This document shows, one piece after another, positions 51,550 through 64,000 of a stretch of DNA of 64,000 bases; positions within the stretch are counted from its first letter, which is position 1, and each line of letters begins with the position of its first letter. Origin of the DNA: Cirrosporium novae-zelandiae. Lineage: Eukaryota. The notes beneath the pieces were generated by a model that saw only the letters and a list, made by a program, of their open reading frames with translations, was not told the origin of the DNA and ran no database searches. A program made the translations under genes and the position numbers. The stretch lies in the NCBI GenBank assembly GCA_026023565.1, contig JAPETS010000034.1, positions 186,001 to 250,000 of the forward strand, written 5' to 3'.

Positions 51550-53139
51550 ATGGCCGCGACATTGTCAACAACAACAACAACGACGACTTCGCCAGCTACA
51601 TCCCCTCCTCTCGTCCGAACGTGCCCTTCAATCCCAAACCCAAATCTTGCCTTACTACCTCCAATTATTACTAGTCAGCCATCACGACGCATTCCTACCC
51701 AACGACCTTCATCCTACACATCGCACAGAATGTCATCCCAATCGAATATTTCCAAGGCCTCGGATGATTCTTCCCGACCACCATCTAATGTCTTCCCAAT
51801 GTTTAATTCGAGTCTTCCATACGCTTTAGTTCGAGATTTTGCCTACCCGGATATACATCCTTTACATTATGGACCACCTCCAACAATTAAATCCGGAGAC
51901 ACAACACCTGCCAGTGAACCGAAAAGGTTTTCCGACCCTATACCTCCATATGATGGCTCAAGAGCGTCATGGTCTATTGCACCATGGGAAGGAGAAAGTT
52001 CTGATGGAGCACAACTACCCGCGATGACTTTCAGTGATGGGCCCCCATATAGTGAAGATGAAGACTTACAGAGTCCTGTTGTCACATCATCAAGACATAG
52101 GAAGCATAAATCCTCCCATGCCTTGGGGAAACATAGAGGAAGAAGTCCGGGACCAGCCACCCATAGAGGACCAGCTGAACTGTTGTCACCGAATTTTGAT
52201 GGGGGTCGAGGATTGTATGCCGGCACGAATCATGATGGAAGCGAGACTTATTATATGGGAAATGGCGATGAAGATGCCGATGGTCCAGGTGGCGAGTTGG
52301 TTACTTATCCGGCCGAGCAAGCGCGACACTCCATCTATAGCCAATCGAATCCCGAAACTCAAGATCCTTCATACTACAATTCAAATACATATCAAGATTA
52401 CCGGCAACCAGGGGAGGAGAACTCGTCATCATCATCTGATATTTCTGATGCTTCAGACCCCAATAATGCCTCTCCCGAAGAATCACGATACTCACGCAAT
52501 TATCAATTCACAATCGCATCTCCGGATGAAGAGATGCATGGGAAGGCGGTTGCACTATTTGATTTTGCACGGGAGAATGAGAATGAACTGCCTTTGGTCG
52601 AAGGTCAAGTCATATGGGTTTCTTACCGGCACGGCCAAGGCTGGTTAGTTGCGGAAGACCCAAAGACAGGAGAGAATGGCCTTGTACCCGAAGAGTATGT
52701 TCGACTTCTTAGATATATTGAAGGCGGCTATGCAAGTTTGAATGGCGATAACGATATCACCGCCAATCTTCTCAGCCCAACCTCGTTAGGTCCTGATTCC
52801 GCATCGGCAGCAACACCAACTCAATCCGAGCACTCCAAGCAAAATAGCCAAGCGTCGACACAATCTAGTACTGGAGGTAGTACCCATAATGGATCGAGTG
52901 GGTCGGGGGAGAAACATCCACCCATTGTATCGACTTTCTCAACAAGCAGTAAGGACCTGGATCCCTATCCACAACATCTCTTAGGTATGCAAGCTGGAAT
53001 GACACCTCCCCAGGTCGCAAGGAAGGGTAGCGAGGCTGGGGCTATTCTTCCTACTCTAAAGTTGGGAGACCCTCCAGCGGACGCCAAGCGACCGAAAAGC
53101 GGTGATGAAGGAGCCCAGGAAGAGGCAGTGGAAGTTTAA
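51550..53139 (+). CDS. NBP2: Nbp2-like SH3-domain adaptor (HOG pathway)
   Basis: VRDFAYP..HPLHYG motif plus SH3 AVALFDFARENENELPLVEGQVIWVSYRHGQGWLVA..GLVPEEYV. Confidence 0.8.
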   Translation: MAATLSTTTTTTTSPATSPPLVRTCPSIPNPNLALLPPIITSQPSRRIPTQRPSSYTSHRMSSQSNISKASDDSSRPPSNVFPMFNSSLPYALVRDFAYPDIHPLHYGPPPTIKSGDTTPASEPKRFSDPIPPYDGSRASWSIAPWEGESSDGAQLPAMTFSDGPPYSEDEDLQSPVVTSSRHRKHKSSHALGKHRGRSPGPATHRGPAELLSPNFDGGRGLYAGTNHDGSETYYMGNGDEDADGPGGELVTYPAEQARHSIYSQSNPETQDPSYYNSNTYQDYRQPGEENSSSSSDISDASDPNNASPEESRYSRNYQFTIASPDEEMHGKAVALFDFARENENELPLVEGQVIWVSYRHGQGWLVAEDPKTGENGLVPEEYVRLLRYIEGGYASLNGDNDITANLLSPTSLGPDSASAATPTQSEHSKQNSQASTQSSTGGSTHNGSSGSGEKHPPIVSTFSTSSKDLDPYPQHLLGMQAGMTPPQVARKGSEAGAILPTLKLGDPPADAKRPKSGDEGAQEEAVEV

Positions 53140-53886
53140 ATGGGTATTTTACTTCCCACAGGAGACTGTCAATACTTCCCGGCTCTTGTGCTAATTTGAT
53201 CTCCTGGGCGTGATATAATCGCTTTCGTCGGATTTCACGACTTGCTTAGCTTTTATTTATCTATCGAGCGTCGTTAGCGATGGTTGGGGAGGGTGAGGTG
53301 TCTATTCGGTTGAATTGCCGTGTTTAATTGGATTGAATTGTGAACGGCGCTTTTATGGCTCTGGCATGAGTAAAGAGGAAAGGATTGATTTGACGAATGC
53401 TTTTTCCGATACAAGCTTGAAGGCTTTATGGTCTGATGGTAAGAAGGATGGCTATCTCGAGAAGGATGGATTGAGGTTGATATCAGCATTCCGATTCAGA
53501 CTAAGCTTTTATATACAGCTTAGCCAAGCACTTAGAGTGCTATGTTCTATTACTGTGAAATAAGAGAAACAACAATGTCCATGTTTCAATTCTCGACTGC
53601 ATCTTATATAAGGACCCAATGGTTATATCAAAGTAACGAAAATAAATAAAAGAAATCTTATATCTAATAGTTGGATGGAAAGGTTCTTTATCATTTAGGG
53701 TTGTAGAGTTTCCTGTTCTGTCATCCCTACTAGCTTCGGTTGATATCGACAAACACATGGATGGTGGATATGAATTCATCAAATCACAGGCATTCTTCAT
53801 GACATCTCTTCAACCACCATTGACTTTGTCCACACCATAACTGACAACACTTTTTTGAAGCCATTGTATCGTCAAGATCGATAGCA

Positions 53887-55900
53887 ATGGGCCGAAAACA
53901 TAGGGATGCTCAGAAAGCAAATACTGAATCTGCTGTCATGAACGCCTACTGGAATACTCAAAATGAATCAAATCTAGGTGTGATACCAATTAATGTCCCT
54001 AGGCACGCTTCTATTAGAATCATATAAATGCAACACCGGGCGCAATTCATCCTTGTGACCTTTCCCCCAGCCCTCAAATGCGCTAATCTTTTTGTTTTGA
54101 AGATATGCAAATCAACACCCCACACAAGTCTACTGGAGAGCAATCCTATGCTGATAAGCCTTCAACTCAGCTGTCAAACCAGCCTGAAACATCGTAAGAC
54201 TTTTATTCTATGCTTACTTTGTAGTAGTCAAGACTGACAAAACATGAACCCACAGTCCTTACCTTTCCCAACCTATAAGCCTTTTAATTGGTCCCACTCA
54301 TGTTCCGTACCATGTCCTAAAGGATTTCCTTTACCAATCTCCAATACTTGCAGATGCGTGTAAATTCAATGCATGGACTATTGAACTATCTGACGTCGAT
54401 GAAGACCTCGGCCATACGGTGGTGCATTACCTTTACACTGGTACCTATCAGACACTAAAATCCCGAGATGCTTCGGGCGATGCCACTTCGAGAAATAATA
54501 CCGAATATAAGAGAAGCATACGGTTATACTATGTCGCAAGAACATATTCTTTGCGGGGTTTGGAGTTATTGGCAAAGAATAACATTATAAGACTGGAAAA
54601 GGGAGTTCCAATATCCGAATTCCTGGATGCTGCAGAAGATGTGTTCCCAAGACTTCCGAGGAGGGAGGTCTGGTTTGTGGAATACTTAAAGAAGAGGATC
54701 AATGAGGCGTTTGAAGAAGATGAGACATTGTTCACCACACAGGTGTTTCTGGGTCGCTTTGGAAAGGTGGGAAGATTTGACAAAGTTCTAGCACAAATTG
54801 TTATAGAAACTTATTCTAAGAGGATCGAACGCATGGCTGGTAAAGCAGAAAACGTCGTTGGAGAGGTTCCTAATGAAGTGGCATCCATCAGTGATGCTGC
54901 AACCACGAAGCCTGAGTCAGAAATGGTAGAAGACAATAGCGTTCCACTTCAAGAGCCTGTTAACGATGAATTGCAACAAGTCTATAGCCCTCCAAGCATT
55001 AGGGAAAAATCGATGGGTAATAAAATAAAGTCCTCCGAAATCCCTCCTCTCTCTGTGTTCTCGGCTGAATTTATACCAAAAACCCGCGAGCCTTCTAGAA
55101 TTGAAGACGAAGACAATAAACCAATCGCAAATTTAAGCTCGCCATCCTTAATTTCAAAAGCAACCCCAATTGAAGAGCAAAGCCCTAAAGAGTCTCTCTC
55201 AGAAAATGGTCTTACTTCCCCACCTCAGCTCTTATTGGATCCTAAACTCCAGCTCACCAAACTCCTTGAAGATGATCTTGTCTTTGATAAACCTCTAGAA
55301 ACTCACTCGCTTCCAAAGGGGCCGGAGTCGCCACCTCAAAATAAGCAAATATCCGAGAAGGATTCTTCGGAGAATGTTATTCCTTACCAGTCTCCTACTG
55401 CGCCTGGATCAGAAGTAACATTATTCGAAGTCCCCGCCTCATTCATAGAATCAAAACCTCTTCGAGCACCATCCAGATCCTCAATAACAGTCTCTCTTCC
55501 AGAACCCACAACCCTTCCATCCAAAAAGAAAAAGGCCAAGAAGCAGCAACGATCCAACGAACAGCCTCCTGGACGCAACCACTACCAACAACAACCCATA
55601 CCCAAAAACTCTCGTAATTTTATCGGGCAATGGGGCTCACCTGCATCTCCAACTGTACGTATGCCTCCATTCCGACAACAACAGCAACATCAGCAGCATC
55701 AACAACAGCAACAGCAACAAAAACAACAACAAAAACCACCACAACCATCTCCATGGACGAATCGAGGCACGTTTGTTCCAGCTCAAAAAAGCCCTAAACC
55801 CCGAACCCCGAAGAATGGTGGCTTTTCCAAGGATCCTAGGTCCTGGAACGCTGCTTTGGATAATTGTCAGGCGCAGATTGCGGCCAAGATGAGCTCTTAG
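53887..55900 (+). CDS. BTB/POZ-like fungal protein with low-complexity, polyQ-containing tail
   Basis: Two introns restore SPYLSQPISLLIG..DVDEDLGHTVVHYLYTGTYQ..YYVARTYSLRGLELLAK; Q-rich CAA/CAG tract at about 55675-55745. Confidence 0.75.
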
Positions 55901-56768
55901 ATGCAGGTTACAGGAAGGAAGTCGGATTTGATTGATGATCCGTCATATCGATTGGTGTCTGAGATGGGAGATTTGATTTCTTTCTTTCTTTCAAAGAACA
56001 AAAAGCCTAAAAGGGAGTTTTTTATTTGGTATTTTATATGCGTTCTTATTTTAAGGGGGGGCATATCAGTACGAAGTACCATCCATAAATATGTCTACTC
56101 AAAATCATGACTGACGATTATACACGATTATTTTTACTTTCGATCCTCTTTCTATCTATCTATACTAGTTAGTACGTGCGAATATGAAAGAAAAAAACAC
56201 CTCGAAATTCACCTTTTTGTGTGTCTGTACAGTACGTTAGTGTAGTGTGGTAGAGAAGGAGTGTGCGTGCTAACAGGAGGGAAGTAGTTTGTAAGTGTGT
56301 TAAAGAACGTAATAGATAATGGAATTTTGTTTTTATAAGAGTGGTAGGTATGGTATGGTATGTGTGCGAGAGGGTGGGATGGATGTGTGCATCCTTCCCT
56401 CCCTCCCTTGGTCTAGTATTAGGTAGGTTGTTGGAGGGTTTAAAGAGTAGAGCTTGTGAGATAGAATGGAATGGAATGGTAGCATGATAATTGGTATATG
56501 TATTGTACATACAGTATATATGGTTTAATAATATACATATAGTATGTACTTCTATCTAGTCTCGATGCCGAAAGGGGGTTTTATTGGTACACCATTAGCC
56601 GTTCGTTATACATAGAGGTTGCGCTCTCCCTGCCCCCCTACTTCCATGTTTCTAGTGGAGCTTAGAATTGGTTCATTCTCGCTTGCTGCCTTCATCATGT
56701 TGTCATGATTTCATGTGGGTTAGGTAGTTCAAGAAATGGCATATCCCTTCCCCCGGCCATTTGGCTTA

Positions 56769-58365
56769 TTATAAACCTTCTTTCGCGAGCATATCTATTC
56801 AAGTCAGTCAGTAAATCACCGTTCAAGAGAATTCAGAAGATAGATAGGTTACCTGCGATATCAAGATAAAAAGCCACGGCATTGAACCTATATTTTTTTT
56901 CAATAACAAATATCAATAATTAATTTCAGCCATACCACCCACCACACATCCCCCCTCAAAAAATAAAAGATAATATAATTACTCACTTCCTTTTCTTCCC
57001 CGTCATCTCCCACGCTATCCATTTTAGCCGATTCGTCCAGTTAATCAAATCCATATGGCTCACCCCCATTAATGTGCCTTTGTAATCGCCCCAGTGGCTG
57101 CTGGATACACTTACCAGGCCGTCGTTGGGGCCTTCTTCGCGGGTCATGATTTGGTGGGATTGGCGGAAGGAGGACCAGAGGGAGGGGGAGAAGGTGGCGC
57201 CGTAGGAGAAGTATCTGGGTTGAGAGAAAGGGAGGGTGGGGTTAGTTTGCTTGCTTGTTGGTTGTTTTTGTGTAGGATTTGGAGAGCGGGGAAGAGGGAT
57301 TAGTTACCGAACATCGGGATCATTGGGGGTTTGGGGGTTGAAATTGTTTTGCATATAGTCTCGGGTCAGTTGGGAGAAGGCGCCGGTGTCGATGCCGGCT
57401 CTTTCGAGGAGTTTGTAGACTCGGGGGAGCATTTCGGCTACAGCGGAGTTAGATGATGATGCAAGGCGGCAATGGGGATGGGATAGGAATATCTAGAGAA
57501 AAGGGTAGCGCACTTCCAATTTGCTCGAAACAGTAGTCGGCGAATGCGGAGCCTGGATTATGTGAGTAATGGTCTTGTGGATGTGCGTCTACGCATATAC
57601 GGTACGGTACCTCTATGCGGAGTGGCAATAGTTGTCAACGAAAGCACTTTGACGTCTGGTGGCTTCAGCCGACTAATCATATATCGGGAGTCGAGTCCCC
57701 TGGAGAACGGTCATCCATATCCTTTAAAGACCCAGGAGATGGCAATTGCATACCCCTAGGTAAATGATGAGCATAAAATCCTCCCTCTTCAAGTTTCAAA
57801 TAAACGCACCATGCTATGACTATCGTAGGTCAGCTCAGCTTGTTTCAGAGAAGAAAAAAATAAGAAGAAAAGTAGTATCGATATATCACTTACGCAATGA
57901 TATTAACAGCTTTTCCCGCCGCCTTCTCCGCAATATCATTTCGCAGCTCTTGGGCCCGCTCCTCGATAGTTGCTGAAGGCGGGACAGATCCCTCAATCAC
58001 TTCAATCCCATTTGCCTGCAATGCCTCGGATATTCCTCGCCAGTACCGCACTCCAGGGAGGATTTTCCCAGCCGGGTACAGGATGTCGAATCCGAATAGC
58101 CCATGAGCAAGGACGACCGGGTGCTTCGGGGTTGCTTGATATTGTCACCTTGGGTAGATGGGAACTGTGGGAAATGGTTCATCTTACCGTATTTCTCTCT
58201 GATTATGGCGTAATCATCTTCTATGAGACGTCCAAAGGTCTCTAGACGGGGTTCAAATGGATTTGATGTACCATGATTATTATTATTTCTGGGAGCGGAT
58301 GTTGAGTATCTTTTAGTATATCTGCTTGCCGGCTTGATTGCAAGACAAGCTCTGCGATTCAACAT
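56769..58365 (-). CDS. TGL2: Triacylglycerol lipase, Tgl2-like alpha/beta hydrolase, multi-exon with microexons
   Basis: Presequence-like N-terminus; PVVLAHGLFGF, AHSMGGLDSR (spliced), TTIATPHRGS, NDGLVSV, SHMDLINW, DMLAKEGL*. Confidence 0.88.
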
Positions 58366-58996
58366 GGAGAACTTTGGAGAAGAGAGATTGGATATGCAAA
58401 GAAATGAGTGTCGAGGACAGTATTATAGTATTCACGCCGTCATGGTTGAGTTGGGATTGTTTACTTGTTGTTGGGGCCTGGAATCTTGATGGTTCTCGCC
58501 AAGCATCTACGTCAATGTGACCGATTCAGGAATCTGGTCATCAGGCAAACGTAGATTGCAAGATACCGAGATAGATGCATAAATTCTTTGAAGTTTGAAG
58601 TTAGCAAGGTTATGGACAATGATCAATGTATACTCTCATTTGTAGTTATAGAGCAACGTATTCTATACAAAGAAATAGATAGCACGCGAGAGAGGTAGCT
58701 CCGCCACAATTAGTTGGATCCACCATCTTGCTACACTTCTAGAAATGAAGACAATATAAATCATGTCCAGTTGAAATAATGAAGACCTCCACAGAGAGGG
58801 TCATCCTTTCTTTCCGCTGCGCAAAAAGAACGCCGTAGAGCCCTCTTCTTCACAGTAATCCTTAGTTCTATGTTGCAAACGTGAATCCATTTTTGATATG
58901 CGATCGCCAATACAACCAACAAGAAGCCTGAAATGGTCGAAAGATAACCTCCCTGCAAATTCTTCTTCGGGGCCTCGTGCTTTGAGTTTCAGGATA

Positions 58997-59603
58997 TTAG
59001 GACTTTGCGAGATGCCCTGGAACTTCTGGGTGTACGTCCGTTACAGCCTTGGTAACATCATCAATGACTTGTTTCCCATGCTTGTTGCCAGTTTCCTGAA
59101 TATCCTTGACTTTGACTTCTGCTTCCTTGTTTGCGTCCTCCTCGGCTTTCTTGTTCCCACTTGAGTGCTAAGGATATGTGAGTTTCATTCTAGGGAAGGA
59201 GGATATGCGACCATCTACCTCGGTCTCGAACTTTTTATACTCCTCTTCCTTCTGCTTTCGGTAGTCCTCTATTTCTTTCTGTGCTTCGTTTCGAGCATCC
59301 TTTACTCTCTTTGTCCGATCTGTATAAATCAGCGGTGACGTCTGGAGCGAGGGGTAGAAGAAGCTGACATTCACGAGCTGTGCTAGGTTAGCATGAGTCT
59401 AAATGTTTATGGCAAAAGCGCATACCTTTCTGAACAATCTTTTGTGCCTCTCGTTCAGCCTGTTCTATAGTTAGTATATTGGTTGGTGGCAGTTAGGGCC
59501 AGTAAGAGCTCACGTCGAGGAGGGTCTGAATGCCCGCAGAATTTTGGGCAGACTAAAGACAGTTAGCTATATAGAATATGAGACATCAAGGCACTTATAC
59601 CAT
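58997..59603 (-). CDS. VMA10: V-type ATPase subunit G
   Basis: M|SAQNSAGIQTLLD|AEREAQKIVQKA|REY|RTKRVKDARNEAQKEIE..; ATG-only first coding exon and a 9-nt exon at 59369-59377. Confidence 0.93.
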
Positions 59604-59850
59604 GGTGACTCGGGCTTAGACTTAGAGCAGAAAAAAGAGGGTGAGCGGAAACAGCAAGTGAGATTGGTTGACCAGGTCCGCTTGAACAGCTTGAAGTCGG
59701 AGATGCTTTGAGCTTGGCCTTGACTGTCTTGGCAAAGAGTAAGACCAACGGAATTTCCATCTCACTCCCGCCGACATGATACATAAACTTTCAAATACCG
59801 GCTGCAAGTGTTACCATTTACCTACCAATTAATTTAAATTGCCTACAATT

Positions 59851-60154
59851 ATGTCTCGTGCTGCAAGATTCACTTTACTTGGAACCTCTCTTGGGGCCGT
59901 TGCTATCATTATATCTGTGCATTATGCCCAGCAAGCCGAAAAATCAGTACGTATATTTTCTTCCTCTCCATTTCTCCGCCAGCTTCTAGACTAACGGTTG
60001 AACTATCAAGGCCATGCACGCGGGTGTTGTAAGAGACATGGAGCAGCAACGAGTTAAGAGGGAACGCCAGGCAGATTTTGAGATGCAAAGAACTCTGGAG
60101 GCAGAGTATCGGAAGGTTCAACGAGTTTCTGATGGAGGACCACCACAATCATGA
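59851..60154 (+). CDS. PET117: Cytochrome c oxidase assembly factor Pet117
   Basis: MSRAARFTLLGTSLGAVAIIISVHYAQQAEKS|AMHAGVVRDMEQQRVKRERQADFEMQRTLE; intron about 59947-60010. Confidence 0.88.
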
Positions 60155-61458
60155 CGGCGCCTGAGCTGATCGACCCGCCTTTCTCTCCTGCTTCCATGGA
60201 CCTGTATGTACTACCAATTCCTCCAGGATATGCTGCACCGTATCCATATGAGGTTGTCTAATTACAAACAAATCTCCTCTCATGAGTTCACTGACACGTT
60301 CACTCAAACCGTGTTCCAATCCAATTCCGCTCTCGTGGTAGAGAGGGGGCTGGTCCCAGTGTGATTCAGCCGAATCTCTGATTAACCGGTACAAGGCCAG
60401 TGGGCAAAAGAATCGATGACGTGATGAAAGAATAAATTTCTGTGATATGTTAATATGCAAAATCCGCCCGTTGTCATGATTGCATCCCAGAGGTCTGAAA
60501 TATGAGCAGGTTTCGATCAAAGTAGATATTTGCGAATAATATAGGCACGCCCGTGAAAACTTTTACAAGGCGTCTCTAGGTATTTTGGTCATTTGGTGGT
60601 GATGTTTCCGGTGGCCTAGAATTGCACCCATGTGCCATGAAGCCAAGAAGAGTGTGGTTAAAGCGAAAGAACATGATAGATGCAGAAGAACACGGACACC
60701 AGTGTGACCAATGACTAGCGCTTCTAGGAATCAAACCCATCCTGGTATTTATGGCATCCGACACAGTACTACAGCCCAAAGGTGGAGGAGTTTGAGGTTA
60801 GTGGATTGTTTGTGGAGGCAGATTGTTGGCATACTAGGATTGGTTGATGTAACCAGTGTCACTAAGACTTAGTTTTGGGATATTCTATATCAACTGCATT
60901 GTGAACTGAATGATGTATAAGTTGTAACTATGACTTTGAAGTGTTTGGGTATTAAATCTTAATAATCTTAATACTGACATGATAATTACGGCCTGAAATC
61001 CCTTTGTTTATATAAACTGATGGAAGTTTGGACACGTTTTTTTTAATTTTTTTTTTAAATTTTCTTTTTAATTTTTTTCTGCATAATAATTAATTGATTA
61101 GTTCATGTAGGTACAAAAGGTTTTTTTGAATTTATTCGGAGATTCACGGATTACCGGAAATGCATTGGAATTTAAGGAAATTCGGGCCAATCATTAACTC
61201 ATCGCAAGTCTCATCTCAGTAAGTCTAAGTCTGCTGGCTGGCTTCTCACCAACGCGTTGGGCCTTTCCATGACCGCCTCCCCCTCGTCTTTTTTGTTCTT
61301 ACTGCCCTACTGTGTTGTGTTGACTCCGCCTCCGGGGTCCATCAACATCAACAATTATGTCGGTTGATCCTCCCTTCATGTCGGTCAGCTATGCGCTATT
61401 TTAATTTCTTTATAATTTTCCTCGTCATTTCGTTCAAATATTCCACACCTTCCCCAAC

Positions 61459-63822
61459 ATGGACTCTCAGCCTCCGACAACGCCAATCCGACAATTGGCC
61501 GACAGCATGCCCTCTTCTCCAGTATCTCCACCTAATCTAAAGTGCTGTTGTGGACGTCCAGACTGCGCCTACCTAATCCATAATAATGACGCTTTGAGGA
61601 GTTTAGAACAAGACGTAAAAACGGCTGCACAGCTGGGACAGGTACAATTTTCTCCCTTCATCCAGCAGTAGTTTCGCCAGCCCGTATTAGACTTTTTCCA
61701 TCTATCAATATCATTATGACTCCGCTCTTCTTTGTATCAGTCCATCATCACAGAACCATCGTCACGCTAACTCGAGATGTAGGCGTTATTAACCCGTCAT
61801 GAAAACTTTATGTGCGATGCGGAAAGAGAAAGGGAGGCCTTGAACGCTACCGTTGACCAACTGGAGAGGGAAAAGGAAGAGTTGGAGGTGAAAAATGCAA
61901 AGTTGATTGAGGAGAACCGGAATTTGACACACCAGTTGGAGGATTTGAATAATACCGTCATCGATTCGGATACATATATCAAGTCCTTGTCAGCTACCTT
62001 GGAAACGACACAGGCAGAACTCCGAAGACTCATGACCCTTGCTTCTAGGACCTCGGAGCTCGAATCTCAGTTAATGGCATTGGAAAATGAGCAAATGCAA
62101 CTGCGCGGAGACCTGGCAACAATGAGAGAGGATAAACACTCAGCAATCCAGCGCTGGAGGAAGGCCGAGAGAACGCTGAATGATCTTAATGATCAGGTAG
62201 AAAGAATGGAAAGAGAGTCGAGAGAAGAGCGCGAAAGACATGTGGAGGTGGTGGCACGGTTAGAGCGCATGAGAGGCGTTGAAACAGAACTTAAGGCGTC
62301 GGCTGCGGCAAAAGCCAGTACTGCAAGCCTTGGGCGAGCCAAGGGCAATAATCATGTCGTGTCAAGTTTCGTGAAAGACATATTGGAAGACAATGCGAAC
62401 TTACAGTTGGGAATTGTCGAGCTCCGGGAGTTGCTAGGCAGGTCAAACGAGGAAGTGCAACAGCTTCGGGAGCAGATGATGATGCACCAATCAATGGATT
62501 ATGATTTTGATACACAAAATGGTACTTTGCATGACGAACTGGCTGCACAGATCTCTGACCTCTCAGTCGGACCTCGCCAGCCACCTCCTCAAGAGGTTCG
62601 AGTTAATGTTCATCACCATTATCATGCACCTGTGAGAGACCGTGTAGCAAAGCCACCCCATTTGAAAGTACGAAAGCGTCGACATCCAGTTACTCCTAGC
62701 GCATTCGCAACTCCCAACTCTCCAAGCCCCCAAACACCTTTGTCCCTCCAGGGCCTTTCAACGGGCTCCACTATCTTATCACAGACCTCTGCCTCTATCC
62801 CTCAGTCTCGCTCGAGACATCGTTGGTCTATACGGTCTACAGATACAACTACTACAAGTTCTTCCATACCAAGTTCCCCGCAATCTGCTTATCAAGCCTC
62901 TTCCATCTTTGATCGACTCGACAGTTATACCCTTGATTCGTCACGACCTACAAGTCCTGAACCCAGCGAGTGCGACTCACCCATGTTATTTGAGAGGCAT
63001 CCACGTTTACGCTCAAACAGTAGGGGCCAATCTTCGCCTTCTACTCTGCAGAATCGTAAACTCCGCAATCTTCGAAATGTATATTCTCAGGGCAGCATTT
63101 TCCCAGAGGATCAAGACGGCGATGAGAGGTATGACCCGCTGGATCTCGCACCAGTCCACCACACAATCACAGAGGAAGACGAGGAGGATAGTAACGAGCA
63201 TTCCGATAAGGAGGTGCCTGATATGAAGGAAAAGGACAATGACGATCTCTTCGAGAGACTTCGTCGGCGTCCCAAACTACGTCGAACCCCTTCTCATGAA
63301 AGCGTGGTTTCGATAACTGGCATGGACGTTCATATTCTTCAGGACTGGCCACCATATGCTGTATTTGCCCGCCCCTTCCCCGGAATGAGACCTCCCTTTG
63401 GAATCGGATTACCAACACCTAAATTCCCACAGGCACCGAGTAAACCCGTTTTGACAGCCACAGCCGCTTTGGCCCAGCCTATCAGGCATGTCTCCAGAGG
63501 CAGCTTTGAGCAACCAAAATCCATGCTGTCCAGCACTAGCGGTCCTTCAGGCAGTGGCAGCAACATCAACACCCCGAACGATCGCTCCGCACTAGGCAAA
63601 CGCGTCGGCGAATGGGTATTTGGGAAATGGGGTATCGCACCCAAGGTCTCAACCAATCTGCGCCCGCCTCCACGCCGCCATCCACATCCTCCACATCCGC
63701 GTCCCGCAGGCGTCAATCAGCCAGGAGCAATCATAGGACTAAGACCTCCGCTCAGAGCGCCTAGCAACGTGCATGCTAAGTTTTTAAATCATGATCTTTT
63801 GAAGGAGAGTCTTAGAGAATGA
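61459..63822 (+). CDS. Long coiled-coil hypothetical protein
   Basis: CCCGRPDCAYL..TAAQLGQ|ALLTRHE (intron 61642-61782), about 250-aa coiled coil, then Ser/Pro-rich tail. Confidence 0.82.
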
Positions 63823-64000
63823 ATGAATAAAAAAGAAATAAAAAAGAAATAAATATGCATCGTGTCTGTGTGTGGGGGGGGCATGAGCGAGAAGAGGCTC
63901 GTTTGGAAAATGGAAATTCTACCCCCATAGCCAGTCACGCAAGCCGCATTTTTTTCGTGTAGCACGATTGATACCCTCTACCTAATATAATATTACTTTA

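Noticed and set aside
1178..63716. Numerous 60-200 aa antisense or alternative-frame ORFs overlapping annotated genes
   Set aside because: Shadow ORFs with no motifs and mostly non-ATG starts.
1..64000. tRNA, rRNA, CRISPR arrays and TPP riboswitch
   Set aside because: Visual scan found no cloverleaf, rRNA-like stretch, spaced direct-repeat array or TPP aptamer core. tRNAscan-SE and Rfam were not run.

Overview
Gene-dense 64 kb segment of a filamentous ascomycete (Pezizomycotina) nuclear genome, with GT-AG introns and CTRAY-type branch points. Recognisable genes: RPL20 (3' part), a SPRY protein, an Rrg1-like lysine methyltransferase, a bZIP factor, nirA, a GH28 enzyme, a thioredoxin-like protein, PP4 catalytic subunit, two PNPOx-fold flavoproteins, an amidohydrolase, an FMO, a GT90, an SDR, msrA, a Diels-Alderase/CrtC-like gene, SSU72, an NBP2-like SH3 protein, a BTB-like protein, a TGL2-like lipase, VMA10 and PET117. 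Family calls come from recalled motifs, not database searches. Most notable observations: (1) a candidate box C/D RNA with kink-turn geometry lying antisense inside the 300-nt SSU72 intron; (2) a lipase whose catalytic AHSMGG motif needs a 10-nt and a 2-nt microexon; (3) a convergent pair of paralogous atypical zinc-finger genes bracketing RIP-scarred solo LTRs; (4) a 369-bp hAT-type MITE with TIRs and a near-perfect 8-bp TSD; (5) a 1-nt frameshift in the Diels-Alderase-like gene.
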